Under the pieces are notes generated by a model, which was not told the DNA's origin, searched no databases, and saw only the letters and a program-made list of their open reading frames with translations. This document shows positions 26,452 to 35,039 of a DNA stretch of 36,774 bases, piece after piece. The DNA comes from Candidatus Parcubacteria bacterium (lineage in GTDB: Bacteria; Patescibacteriota; Patescibacteriia; Patescibacteriales; UBA12465), in the NCBI GenBank assembly GCA_037076615.1, contig AP029158.1, positions 597,525 to 634,298 on the forward strand. Direction: 5' to 3'. A program made the translations under genes and the position numbers. Position 1 is the first letter of the stretch. Each line of letters opens with the position of its first letter.

Positions 26452-26863
26452 CCTTCATGATTCTATACTGCAGAACCCTTCCCTCACTATCTGTTAACAA
26501 GATTTGAAAACGCTCATCCCTGTTTAAATGAAGATTATCCTTATCTTCAACTGAAAGCTCTTGAAACGAAATTGGCTCCGGATCCTTCACTCCTAAAAAT
26601 TTAATATCCATCTGAGTGTCATCTCCCTCTCTGGGAACTATTTCAAAAACAGCCCGGTGATATAAACCTAGCCCAGCCTTAACATCTTCGCCTAACAAAT
26701 CTTTACCTTCGAGATTATCAAGAGAGCTGCCAGGTTCAGGAACAATATTTTGCACTTCTCCGCCACTCTTTTTAACCTGATAAAAGTAGCAAAAGGCAGT
26801 AATAATAAAAATTAGTAGAAAAATAATGAAAACCACCAACCAAAATTTTCTATTTGTTTTCAT
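26423..26863 (-). CDS. Hypothetical 146-aa N-terminally anchored protein
   Basis: MKTNRKFWLVVFIIFLLIFIITAFCYFY is a single TM anchor, followed by an acidic soluble domain. It is the first gene after a promoter-like element. Confidence 0.6.
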   Translation of the reverse strand: MKTNRKFWLVVFIIFLLIFIITAFCYFYQVKKSGGEVQNIVPEPGSSLDNLEGKDLLGEDVKAGLGLYHRAVFEIVPREGDDTQMDIKFLGVKDPEPISFQELSVEDKDNLHLNRDERFQILLTDSEGRVLQYRIMKDENDIVTEY

Positions 26864-26893
26864 AAAAAATAGAATAATAAATATTATTTTTTA

Positions 26894-26902
26894 ATTATAG
26901 CA
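26894..26902 (-). promoter_or_regulatory. Extended -10 promoter element TGCTATAAT for the 4-gene envelope operon
   Basis: The plus strand reads attatagca. It lies 31 nt upstream of the ATG at 26863 and immediately downstream of the preceding terminator. Confidence 0.5.
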
Positions 26903-26904
26903 TT

Positions 26905-26934
26905 ATTTAAAAAAAGAGGAAATTACTTCCTCTT
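26905..26934 (-). terminator. Intrinsic terminator of the FISUMP lipoprotein gene
   Basis: On the minus strand, AAGAGGAAgtaatTTCCTCTT (8-bp stem, 5-nt loop) starts directly after the TAA at 26935-26937 and is followed by TTTTTTT. Confidence 0.8.
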
Positions 26935-27945
26935 TTATTGTCTAATTAACCTGACACCGGCACCAGCTGAAGAGTCATATAGACCGTTAGTAGAAAAAAA
27001 TTGCTTCTCAGCGCTAATTATAACCATAATCAGATAACCACCAAAGATTTGATTTGTTATAAAAGCGGCCGTTTCGTCTCCCCCAGAGTATTCATATAAC
27101 TCAGTTTTGGAGTTCTTAGCAATCCCGCCATTAGGCAGAGCACTAAAACCAGTAGAATTGGTAATGGGCCTCAATGTTTCTGGCCAGCCCAGCTGATTCA
27201 TTAGGGCTGGACCGGCAGGATAATACCCTCCCAAGAAAGTTTTTAACTCTTCAAAATCATCCCCACTAGGGATGCGCCAACCTTCGGGAGTAATTCCTCT
27301 AGGGTCTGCCACTGCTAAATAGTTGTAAAGATAGCCATATTTTTCAGCCATCTCTGAGCTATTATTGTAAGCTGTGTAAGCACCGGTCTTGAGCAGCCCC
27401 CAGTTAGCCGCTACCGACTCGTGAAAAATTGGATCACCATTATTATAGTGGCGAGTTCTTAAATTCTCCACTGTCCATACTTGTTCACCAATTTTCACCG
27501 TATGATACATATTACCTTCGTTATCGGCAATATCATAGGTATGAACTGCTACCGCCTGACCATAAGCAGCGCCAACATCATTAATGGCATAAGCCTTAAC
27601 ATAATATTTAGTATTTCTGTCAAGACCAGCAAGATTAAGAGAAAAGTCATTAGTAGTTGCAGTTACACTTCTTTTATTGGAATTAACATTAACTTTGTTA
27701 GAGTCAACGCCCCAACAAAAACCTCTCTCAATAATCTTTGTTCCGCCATCAGACAGAACCTGACCACTAATCTCAGCCTCGCTAAAACTAACACTACTCA
27801 CCCCAGAAGTACGAACTTGAGGATTATTAAATAATGGGGGCGGCGGCGGTATCGGTAGCGGATCCTTCTCACAAGCAAATAAGCTTGCACAAATAACCAG
27901 GAAAGCAAACACCTTCCTGCCACTGAAAAATCGTTTTGCTTTCAT
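26935..27945 (-). CDS. Lipoprotein with an N-terminal Ig/FN3-like domain and a C-terminal Fibrobacter succinogenes major paralogous (FISUMP, TIGR02145-type) domain
   Basis: Lipobox in MKAKRFFSGRKVFAFLVICASLFAC|EKDP. ISGQVLSDGGTKIIERGFCWG...NTKYYVKAYAINDVGAAYG is the Bacteroidota-style beta domain. VKIGEQVWTVENL, KYGYLYNY, TPEGWRIPSGDDFEEL and GFSALPNGG are the FISUMP motifs. Confidence 0.8.
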   Translation of the reverse strand: MKAKRFFSGRKVFAFLVICASLFACEKDPLPIPPPPPLFNNPQVRTSGVSSVSFSEAEISGQVLSDGGTKIIERGFCWGVDSNKVNVNSNKRSVTATTNDFSLNLAGLDRNTKYYVKAYAINDVGAAYGQAVAVHTYDIADNEGNMYHTVKIGEQVWTVENLRTRHYNNGDPIFHESVAANWGLLKTGAYTAYNNSSEMAEKYGYLYNYLAVADPRGITPEGWRIPSGDDFEELKTFLGGYYPAGPALMNQLGWPETLRPITNSTGFSALPNGGIAKNSKTELYEYSGGDETAAFITNQIFGGYLIMVIISAEKQFFSTNGLYDSSAGAGVRLIRQ

Positions 27946-28031
27946 GATTGCTGTTTTTTAATTGTGAATGTACTTAAATAATTGAATATTTACTATTAAT
28001 AAATATATTATCCAATATTTTTCATTTTTTG

Positions 28032-29282
28032 TCAATACTCTAAGGTGCTTATTAGGCCAAAAACAAAGAAAATGACCAGAGGAACAACCGGCTGACTAAA
28101 GAGCCAATGATCAAAAAAGCTCAGTCCAAACAAAACCACCCAAAAGGGCCAGAGTTTATTTTTAAGCGCCCCTTGAAGGATGCCGAGCCAAAAGATAATA
28201 AAACCAAAAAGGCCAAAAATACCTAACTCGGCCCAAACAAGGAGCCAGTAGTTATGTACCGGCTGATAATTCCAAGGCTCAAGCGAAGGATTGACTAACA
28301 TTAAAGTGGGAATATAGCCGCCCAAACCAACGCCCCTTACCGGCCGCTGCTTAATAATTTGCTGAGCCTGCTCCTTAAAAAGGCGACGCTCGGTTAATGA
28401 TTTTACCTCCAAACGTGACTCAGGGTTAGTACGTACTAAAAGAAGCGGCGAACAGAGAGCGATAAAAAGTGTTAATAAAATAGCGCCGCCAATTAAAAAA
28501 CTTTTACCACGTTGCCAAATAATTTTTCGTTGGCTTAGCGTTAAGGCTAAAAACCCAAGAGCAAAAGCTAAAAAAGCGCTGCGTGAAAAAGAGACTAATA
28601 GGCCGACGCTAAAGAGGAGCCCGGACGCAAAAATAAAAAATTTTATTTTTTTATTAGTTTCTTTTAGCCCCCAGTAAAAGGCCAACAAAGAAGCAAGCGC
28701 CATTAATCCTCCAAAAATATTGGGATGATCAAAAGAGCCATAAGCCCGTAAAAAGCGGCCGGCACCGGTTTCAATCACCGATACCCCCAGGTCGGCAGGA
28801 TAGTGGGCGGCTAAGCCAAAAAGCTTACTAGCCGGAGCAAACTGAAAAATAAATTGACCAATACCTAAAAAGGTGGGCGCGATTAAGCCTAATAAAAAAA
28901 CTCTCCCGGCCCGACGCCGGAAAAAAGGTGGTGACTGCTTGATTCCAATAAACACCAGCAAACCGGCGATTAAATAGTCTGCTCGCACGGCCGCTAAGGG
29001 CTGATTGGGCGCCCAAATAAGAGACAGTGCGGCCACAATAAAAATAATTAAGCTACCCCACCACCAGAGTGGACGAATCTGAGTTTTCTGTTCTCGGCTC
29101 CTAAAGTTTTTAATCAACCCAATTATCGTTTCCGTTAGCGGAATTAATAAAAATAAGCTACTTAAATAAAAAGCAATTTCTAAATAATTAGTCGCGGCGG
29201 GCGCAATGATGAATTTAGTATTCCAGGGCCAAACCAAGAGCCAAAGAAGAATTAAGTTATAACTCAATTTACTTTTAATCAT
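28032..29282 (-). CDS. O-antigen ligase/polymerase-like (Wzy_C family) membrane protein
   Basis: 416 aa with about 10-12 TM segments. RAYGSFDHPNIFGG and SFSRSAFLAFALGFLAL resemble the Wzy_C/WaaL loop region. Confidence 0.65.
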   Translation of the reverse strand: MIKSKLSYNLILLWLLVWPWNTKFIIAPAATNYLEIAFYLSSLFLLIPLTETIIGLIKNFRSREQKTQIRPLWWWGSLIIFIVAALSLIWAPNQPLAAVRADYLIAGLLVFIGIKQSPPFFRRRAGRVFLLGLIAPTFLGIGQFIFQFAPASKLFGLAAHYPADLGVSVIETGAGRFLRAYGSFDHPNIFGGLMALASLLAFYWGLKETNKKIKFFIFASGLLFSVGLLVSFSRSAFLAFALGFLALTLSQRKIIWQRGKSFLIGGAILLTLFIALCSPLLLVRTNPESRLEVKSLTERRLFKEQAQQIIKQRPVRGVGLGGYIPTLMLVNPSLEPWNYQPVHNYWLLVWAELGIFGLFGFIIFWLGILQGALKNKLWPFWVVLFGLSFFDHWLFSQPVVPLVIFFVFGLISTLEY

Positions 29283-30211
29283 AGTAGTCCGAGAGCGGCG
29301 AGTTGGTACTGATAGAGCTCTTGAAACTCGGAACGCCGGTCATCTAAATAAAAACGCAAGAGGTGATCACTTAAAATTACTCCCGTCCCCTTACCGACCT
29401 GACTCGACAAGGCTAGCGGCAAAATTTTGTATTGAATTTTTTTTACCAAGGGCTCGGCGAGATTAGCCACTTGAAAGAATAAGCGGTCCAAGAGATTGTG
29501 ACTAAAATAGTCAGCCGAGAAAGACTCTTTTAGTAAATAACTATTAGGGAACAACCCCTTTAGCCAAGGATTTTTAAAACGTAAATAATCCAAATAACGA
29601 TCTTTATCATAAACCGGATAAAGACCCATTAGCCAATGTTCAAAATAAGCATCGCCACCATCTAAACGCAGAGAGTCCATGGCCAGACCAGTGGTGGCGG
29701 CATAAAAACTTAAACAAATTTTATCTTGCTTATTTCCTCGTCGTGGTCGCCAACCTAAAACCTTCATAAAGCCGGCGCAAAAAAACCGGGTGAGCCAAAG
29801 CCGCCCCGGCGACGAAATAATAAATAAATCGATATCACTACCAGATCGTAAATTATGATGACCAATTAAATTAGAAACTGCTACCAGTTTAACGCTGGGA
29901 ATGAGACGAAAGAGTCGTGTTGCTTTTTCCGCGCGCTTAATTTTTTGATTAGTAAAATTATAACGTCGCCGTCTCTCAAAAACTATTTCTTGACGACCGG
30001 GCAAAAAGTACCAGCCCTCACGGCGCTCCACTTGTCCACTCTCTAAAAGATGATCGGCCGCCTCAGCAACTTCCTTTAAGGCAGTTTTTAGCTCCAAGTT
30101 CTGCCACCACTCCCAGAGAGACAGAGGATATGAAAACAGATCAAAAAAAACTAAACTTTTTAGTAAAGATTTTTCCAATTCATCTTTAGTTAAAGAAGCA
30201 TTAGTCTTCAT
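29279..30211 (-). CDS. Hypothetical protein with a possible Pol-beta-type nucleotidyltransferase motif
   Basis: VAVSNLIGHHNLRSGSDIDLFIIS resembles the G[GS]-x(n)-D-x-D minimal NTase signature; nothing else was recognised. It has an ATGA overlap with the downstream ligase-like gene and an 11-nt overlap with rmuC. Confidence 0.45.
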   Translation of the reverse strand: MKTNASLTKDELEKSLLKSLVFFDLFSYPLSLWEWWQNLELKTALKEVAEAADHLLESGQVERREGWYFLPGRQEIVFERRRRYNFTNQKIKRAEKATRLFRLIPSVKLVAVSNLIGHHNLRSGSDIDLFIISSPGRLWLTRFFCAGFMKVLGWRPRRGNKQDKICLSFYAATTGLAMDSLRLDGGDAYFEHWLMGLYPVYDKDRYLDYLRFKNPWLKGLFPNSYLLKESFSADYFSHNLLDRLFFQVANLAEPLVKKIQYKILPLALSSQVGKGTGVILSDHLLRFYLDDRRSEFQELYQYQLAALGLL

Positions 30212-31319
30212 GCGCCTTAGTTCTTTCTAAAGTGATCATATCAATAACACTTTCACCGTCGGTAACGCGCAAGATATCTTTATCAATTTTTCTAAATTCT
30301 CCCGCCGCGTGATTATAGTGATTTACACTCGTATCCAAACTGTTCCCTAATTTTTGTAAAAAATCATTGTAAGTATTTAAGTGACGACCTAATTTTTCTA
30401 CATTCTTTTTAATATCTTGGGCCCGTTCCTCAATCTGCATCGCTCTTAAACCTTGTAGAACTGTTTGCAAGTAAGCAAGAAAAGTCGTCGGCGAAACGAT
30501 AATCACCTTCTTTTCCCGAAAAGCGTAATCAATCATATCGCGACTACCAACGAAATCAGTGAGCAAGTCATAATAAATGGACTCCGACGGGATAAACATA
30601 AAAGCGAACTCCAAGGTGCCTAAATTGGGGCGCACATATTTAGAAGTTTCATCAATCCGATTCTTTAAATCTTGTTTGAGCGCCGCTTCCATTTTTTTGC
30701 GAGCGTCCGAATCTTTAGCGGCTAAAAGGCGTTCATAATTTTCTAAAGAAAACTTCGCATCAACGGGCACAATTTTCTCCTTAACAAAAATAGCAGCATC
30801 AACAATCAATTCTTGATTATTTTTCTCATCTTTACCTAGCGAATACTGCAGCTTAAAAACTCCCGGCGGCAAAACGTTGCTTAAAGTTTCCTCTAAATAA
30901 TACTCACCCAAAACGCCGCGTTGTTTAGGATTTTTTAAAATGTCTTGAAGGTTTTGGAGTTGCGCCGAAAAACCGACCACTTGACGATTGGTTTCATCCA
31001 GTTTAGTTAATTTTTCCGTCACCTCGGCAATAATTTTTGAAGACTGCGCATTAATATCGCGCATGACTTTATTAGTCTGCTCGTATTGCCCTTGATTAAT
31101 CTGATGAGTCTGCGACAACTTACGATCCAGCTCGGTCCGGAGCTCCGAATTTTGGCGCTGCACCTGAGTTAATTGTTCCATTAGGGTCGCTAAGCGCTCT
31201 AAAAGCAACGGCTTAGTTTGGTCATCTTCGGCCTCCGGCTTCTTTTTAAGTAAAAAAATAATGGCGGCCACGCCGGCCAGCAAAATAAAGATTAATATTG
31301 TTAGTATCGTGTCATTCAT
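30201..31319 (-). CDS. rmuC: DNA recombination protein RmuC
   Basis: N-terminal TM segment, a long coiled coil (LMEQLTQVQRQNSELRTELDRK...), then the RmuC nuclease-like core VDAKFSLENY and FAFMFIPSESIYYDLL. Confidence 0.85.
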   Translation of the reverse strand: MNDTILTILIFILLAGVAAIIFLLKKKPEAEDDQTKPLLLERLATLMEQLTQVQRQNSELRTELDRKLSQTHQINQGQYEQTNKVMRDINAQSSKIIAEVTEKLTKLDETNRQVVGFSAQLQNLQDILKNPKQRGVLGEYYLEETLSNVLPPGVFKLQYSLGKDEKNNQELIVDAAIFVKEKIVPVDAKFSLENYERLLAAKDSDARKKMEAALKQDLKNRIDETSKYVRPNLGTLEFAFMFIPSESIYYDLLTDFVGSRDMIDYAFREKKVIIVSPTTFLAYLQTVLQGLRAMQIEERAQDIKKNVEKLGRHLNTYNDFLQKLGNSLDTSVNHYNHAAGEFRKIDKDILRVTDGESVIDMITLERTKAHED

Positions 31320-31357
31320 ATATTGATAGTTTAGCGATTTTTAGCAGGGGGAGCAAA

Positions 31358-31388
31358 TCAACAAAAAGGCCGAGCAAAGCTCGGCCGG
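31358..31388 (-). terminator. Intrinsic terminator after gyrA
   Basis: On the minus strand, GGCCGAGCtttGCTCGGCC (8-bp GC stem) is followed by TTTTTGTTGATTT. It starts about 6 nt after the gyrA stop. Confidence 0.8.
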
Positions 31389-31393
31389 AAGTA

Positions 31394-33922
31394 CTAAGCC
31401 CAAGTGACACTAGCCACTCGGTCATCAGGATTTTTAAAGCGCATAATTCTCACGCCTTGGGTGGAGCGACCCAAAACACTAACGGATTTAAAAGGTAGAC
31501 GAATCACTTGCCCCTTTTCTGAGATGATTAGTAAGTCACGATCCATCATCGCTTCAGAGTTTAAAAGGAAAGCGTTCGTTACCTCGCCGGTCTTATCGCT
31601 AACCTTCACAGTCTTAATTCCGGAACCGCCGCGCCCTTGTAACTTATAGAGGGAGAAATTAGTGCGTTTTCCATACCCTTTAGCCATAATGGTTAAGACT
31701 TGATATTGCTTTAACTTCTCTTTCTCGGTTCGAGCCACGCCCATACCGATAACGCAATCATCCTTTTTAAGACGAATACCGGTAACCCCGGCGGCGTTAC
31801 GGCCCATGTCGCGAACATCGGCCTCCTTAAAGCGAATTGATTGCCCCTGAGCGGTAACTAATTGAATTTCATCTTTACCAGTAGTTGGCTTAACCCAGAT
31901 TAGCTCATCTTCATCTTTAATTTTAATAGCAATCAAACCGTTGCGACGAAGATTGGCAAAAGCATCCAACTTAACTTTTTTGACTAAACCTTTTTTGGTG
32001 GCAAAAAATAAGAATTGACTGGTTGATAATTTATCTAACGGCAAAACTGTCTCAACGCGCTCGCCCGTAGTTAGTTGTAAAAAGTTAACCACTGGCGTCC
32101 CTTTGGCAACGCGAGAGGCGGTCGGAATCTCATAAGCTTTTAATTGGAAGACGCGCCCCTTGTTAGTAAAGAATAAAATATCATTATGGGTCATGGTCGT
32201 GAACATTAACCAAACCGAATCTTCCTCTTTAGTGGTTAATCCCACGATACCCTTACCGCCACGAGCCTGAACTTTAAAAGTACTCGGCTCTACCCGCTTG
32301 ATATAACCATCACGAGTAAGCATTACAACGGTCTCTTCATTAGGGACCAAGTCTTCCGCATTTAATTCTTTAATACCATGAGAGATAACTTCGGTGCGCC
32401 GCTCATTGCCATGCTTTTCTTCTAAAGCTATTAACTCATCTTTAATAATTTGATTAACCTTAAGAGCGGAAGCTAAAATCGCTGTTAAATCTTTAATCAG
32501 GATTTGTTTATCTTTTAACTCATCTTCAATTTTCTTCTGCTCCAAATTAGCTAAATTTTGCAGGCGCATTTCCAAAATAGCCACCGCCTGCCGCTCCGAT
32601 AATTTAAACTTTTTGATTAAATTAACTTTCGCCACCTCTTTATCTTTTGAGGCTTTGATAGTTTTAATAACCTCGTCAATATTTTTTAGAGCAATCATTA
32701 AGCCTTCTAAAATATGGGCGCGCTCTAAAGCCTTATCTAAATCATATTGAGTGCGACGCTTAATTACCTCTTGGCGATGTTTAATGTATTCTTCCAAAAT
32801 CATTTTCAACGTTAAAATTCGGGGTTGAATACCGTCATCAATCAAAGCCAACATATTAACGTGAAAAACGGTTTGTAAAGACGTGTGCTTAAATAAAGCA
32901 TTTAAAACTTTCTTTGGATAAGCATCTTTTTTCAAATCCACTACTACCCGGACGCCATCACGATCGGATTCATCGCGCAACCCTTTGATGCCTTGTAGTT
33001 TTTTATCCTTAACAAGATTGGCAATTTTTTCTACCAAATCAGCCTTATTTACTTGATAGGGCACCTCAGAGATAATAATGCGAAAACCATTTTTACCTTC
33101 AACAATTTCCGCCCGACCACGCATAGTAATTCCGCCTTTGCCGGTCGAATAAGCCGCTAAAATATCTTTTTTACTATAAATTAAGCCACCCGTCGGAAAG
33201 TCTGGGCCTTTAACATCGGCCATTAAATCTTCAACAGTTAGATCTGGGTTATCCAAAAGACGAATAATTGCTCGGCATAGTTCTCCTAAATTATGAGGAG
33301 GAATATTGGTAGACATACCAACGGCAATACCCATGGTACCGTTAAGCAGTAGGTTCGGTAATTTTGCCGGCAGGACGCGCGGTTCATTTTGTGAGCCGTC
33401 AAAGTTAGGCATGAAGTCAACTGTATTTTTATCCAAATCCAATAACATCTCTTCAGCAATACTGGAAAGCTTAGCCTCGGTATAACGCATCGCCGCCGCA
33501 CTATCACCATCCATCGAACCAAAGTTTCCTTGGCCGCGGACGAGTGGATAACGCATAGAGAAGTCTTGAGCCAAGCGAACCATGGAATCATAGACAGCAC
33601 TATCGCCATGCGGATGATATTTGCCTAAAACTTCACCGACGACCGTGGCCGATTTACGAAATTTACCATTAGCCCTTAGACCAATGCTCCACATCGCGTA
33701 TAAAATTCGGCGATGAACCGGCTTTAGGCCATCACGAACATCAGGCAGGGCGCGCGAAACAATCACGCTCATGGCGTATTCCAAATAAGAGCGACTCATC
33801 TCTTCAACAATCGGTTGCTCTTCAACAATTCCAAAAGCTGTTTGTTTGCGAATATTGTTATTATCCTCGGAAAGGTTTTCTTCCTTCTCCTCTTTCTCCT
33901 CTTTTTCTTTTTTATCAGGCAT
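31394..33922 (-). CDS. gyrA: DNA gyrase subunit A
   Basis: [33 protein letters not shown], the active-site region [11 protein letters not shown], and C-terminal beta-pinwheel repeats. It has a ~25-aa K/E-rich N-terminal extension. Confidence 0.97.
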   Translation of the reverse strand: MPDKKEKEEKEEKEENLSEDNNNIRKQTAFGIVEEQPIVEEMSRSYLEYAMSVIVSRALPDVRDGLKPVHRRILYAMWSIGLRANGKFRKSATVVGEVLGKYHPHGDSAVYDSMVRLAQDFSMRYPLVRGQGNFGSMDGDSAAAMRYTEAKLSSIAEEMLLDLDKNTVDFMPNFDGSQNEPRVLPAKLPNLLLNGTMGIAVGMSTNIPPHNLGELCRAIIRLLDNPDLTVEDLMADVKGPDFPTGGLIYSKKDILAAYSTGKGGITMRGRAEIVEGKNGFRIIISEVPYQVNKADLVEKIANLVKDKKLQGIKGLRDESDRDGVRVVVDLKKDAYPKKVLNALFKHTSLQTVFHVNMLALIDDGIQPRILTLKMILEEYIKHRQEVIKRRTQYDLDKALERAHILEGLMIALKNIDEVIKTIKASKDKEVAKVNLIKKFKLSERQAVAILEMRLQNLANLEQKKIEDELKDKQILIKDLTAILASALKVNQIIKDELIALEEKHGNERRTEVISHGIKELNAEDLVPNEETVVMLTRDGYIKRVEPSTFKVQARGGKGIVGLTTKEEDSVWLMFTTMTHNDILFFTNKGRVFQLKAYEIPTASRVAKGTPVVNFLQLTTGERVETVLPLDKLSTSQFLFFATKKGLVKKVKLDAFANLRRNGLIAIKIKDEDELIWVKPTTGKDEIQLVTAQGQSIRFKEADVRDMGRNAAGVTGIRLKKDDCVIGMGVARTEKEKLKQYQVLTIMAKGYGKRTNFSLYKLQGRGGSGIKTVKVSDKTGEVTNAFLLNSEAMMDRDLLIISEKGQVIRLPFKSVSVLGRSTQGVRIMRFKNPDDRVASVTWA

Positions 33923-33926
33923 ATAA

Positions 33927-34409
33927 TTAATAAACTTTTTCAGTTATCCCCTCACAGCCGGGGGGAATCACGCAAGGACGAGGCTCAGCGTCAGAAGTGG
34001 GCATACAATTAACATAAGCGGGACAATTTGTCGCTACCGGCGCAACGAAATCAGAGCTCTCGGAATCAATAAGTTCCGGGAGCTCAAGCTCATTGGTTTC
34101 AGTTGGTACGTTGTTATTTTCTGGCTCTTCAAAAACAGAATCCGGAGTATCAGTAGCGATATCTAAATTGTTAGCTTCCACTAGTAATTGGTTAACGAAA
34201 ATCTTTTCATCCTCTGAAAAAGAATCAACTAGATTAGCGTTTTCCTTCAGATTATTATTAAAATTTTCGGCAAAAGAATCGGCCGATAAATTTGGCTCCT
34301 CGTTAGTAACGATAGAGTTTTTTAAGTTCATTAACCAAAGGCCCATAATAATTAACGCCAGGGCTCCTAAAAAAATTTTTAAACTTAATTGTTTGGCGGC
34401 CGCGCTCAT
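33927..34409 (-). CDS. Hypothetical 160-aa anchored acidic protein
   Basis: N-terminal TM anchor ([18 protein letters not shown]), an acidic N/E/D-rich middle and the C-terminal Cys motif [24 protein letters not shown]. It ends 4 nt before the gyrA start and is co-directional with the operon. Confidence 0.55.
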   Translation of the reverse strand: MSAAAKQLSLKIFLGALALIIMGLWLMNLKNSIVTNEEPNLSADSFAENFNNNLKENANLVDSFSEDEKIFVNQLLVEANNLDIATDTPDSVFEEPENNNVPTETNELELPELIDSESSDFVAPVATNCPAYVNCMPTSDAEPRPCVIPPGCEGITEKVY

Positions 34410-34420
34410 AAAATTAAATT

Positions 34421-35026
34421 TTATTCTCTAATCCCGTCTAAATTAATATCGTATAAAATATGTTCGGCTAACAGGCGGTAATTTAAAATCTCTTCTTCCT
34501 TAAACCAAAGTTTAATTTCTCGCTCGGCCTCAAGGACAGAATCTGAACAATGAATTAAATTCCGTACCGCCCTATCATCAAAGCTTGAGAGCTCGTAAGA
34601 ATCTAGAGTATAGTCGCCGCGAATCGTTCCGACCTCCGAAGTTAAAGGTTCGGTGCCGCCAACAATTTTTTTAACAATTCCAATCGCCTGATTGCCTTCA
34701 AAAATTAACGGCACTACCGGTCCGGAAGTCATAAAAGCCACTAAACCGCGGATGATATCTTTACCGTACTCCTCGGCATCTTTCTCAATTGGTAATCCCA
34801 AGTCTTCACGGTTCTTAATGATGTTAGCACCTTTTTTTAGAAACCAGGCCTCATCCTTATTATAATGAGTCCAACACTGATCCTCAGTGGCCATTGCCAT
34901 TTTCATGGCGGTGATTTTTAAACCGGTTCTCTCCAAACGATGAACTAATTCTCCAACTAAACTGCGCTGAACTGAATCAGGCTTCAAGATGACTAAAGTA
35001 CGTTCTTTTTTCGGATGTGAAATCAT
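34421..35026 (-). CDS. ndk: Nucleoside diphosphate kinase (long form with insertions)
   Basis: ERTLVILKPDSVQRSLVGELVHRLERTGLKITAMKM, FMTSGPVV, GTIRGDY and NLIHCSDS (catalytic His context). 201 aa versus the usual ~140-150. Confidence 0.85.
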   Translation of the reverse strand: MISHPKKERTLVILKPDSVQRSLVGELVHRLERTGLKITAMKMAMATEDQCWTHYNKDEAWFLKKGANIIKNREDLGLPIEKDAEEYGKDIIRGLVAFMTSGPVVPLIFEGNQAIGIVKKIVGGTEPLTSEVGTIRGDYTLDSYELSSFDDRAVRNLIHCSDSVLEAEREIKLWFKEEEILNYRLLAEHILYDINLDGIRE

Positions 35027-35039
35027 AAAAATAAAATAT

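Noticed and set aside
23738-28031. Lower GC as proof that the 23.7-28.0 kb block is a horizontally acquired island
   Set aside because: Only a few 60-nt lines were counted by hand. The lowest values are in genes for F/I/L/K/N-rich membrane proteins, which depress GC regardless of origin. There are no integrase, tRNA or direct-repeat boundaries. It is kept only as a hypothesis for the FISUMP gene.
12644-33609. Remaining short nested ORFs (for example 12644-12862, 12859-13059, 13082-13279, 14064-14288, 14783-14980, 16308-16508, 16920-17213, 21461-21730, 25904-26116, 27481-27834, 28828-29016, 31298-31498, 31404-31649, 33286-33609, 33815-34012, 35443-35658)
   Set aside because: Each lies inside, or antisense to, a longer ORF with clear family motifs or operon context. 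None has its own promoter, terminator or coupling signals.
34093-34431. Plus-strand 112-aa ORF
   Set aside because: It is antisense to the 160-aa minus-strand ORF and runs into the ndk 3' end. It also opposes the direction of the whole operon. Its Ser/Lys/Phe-rich product has no features, so the minus-strand ORF with a TM anchor is preferred, though that ORF is only moderately supported itself.
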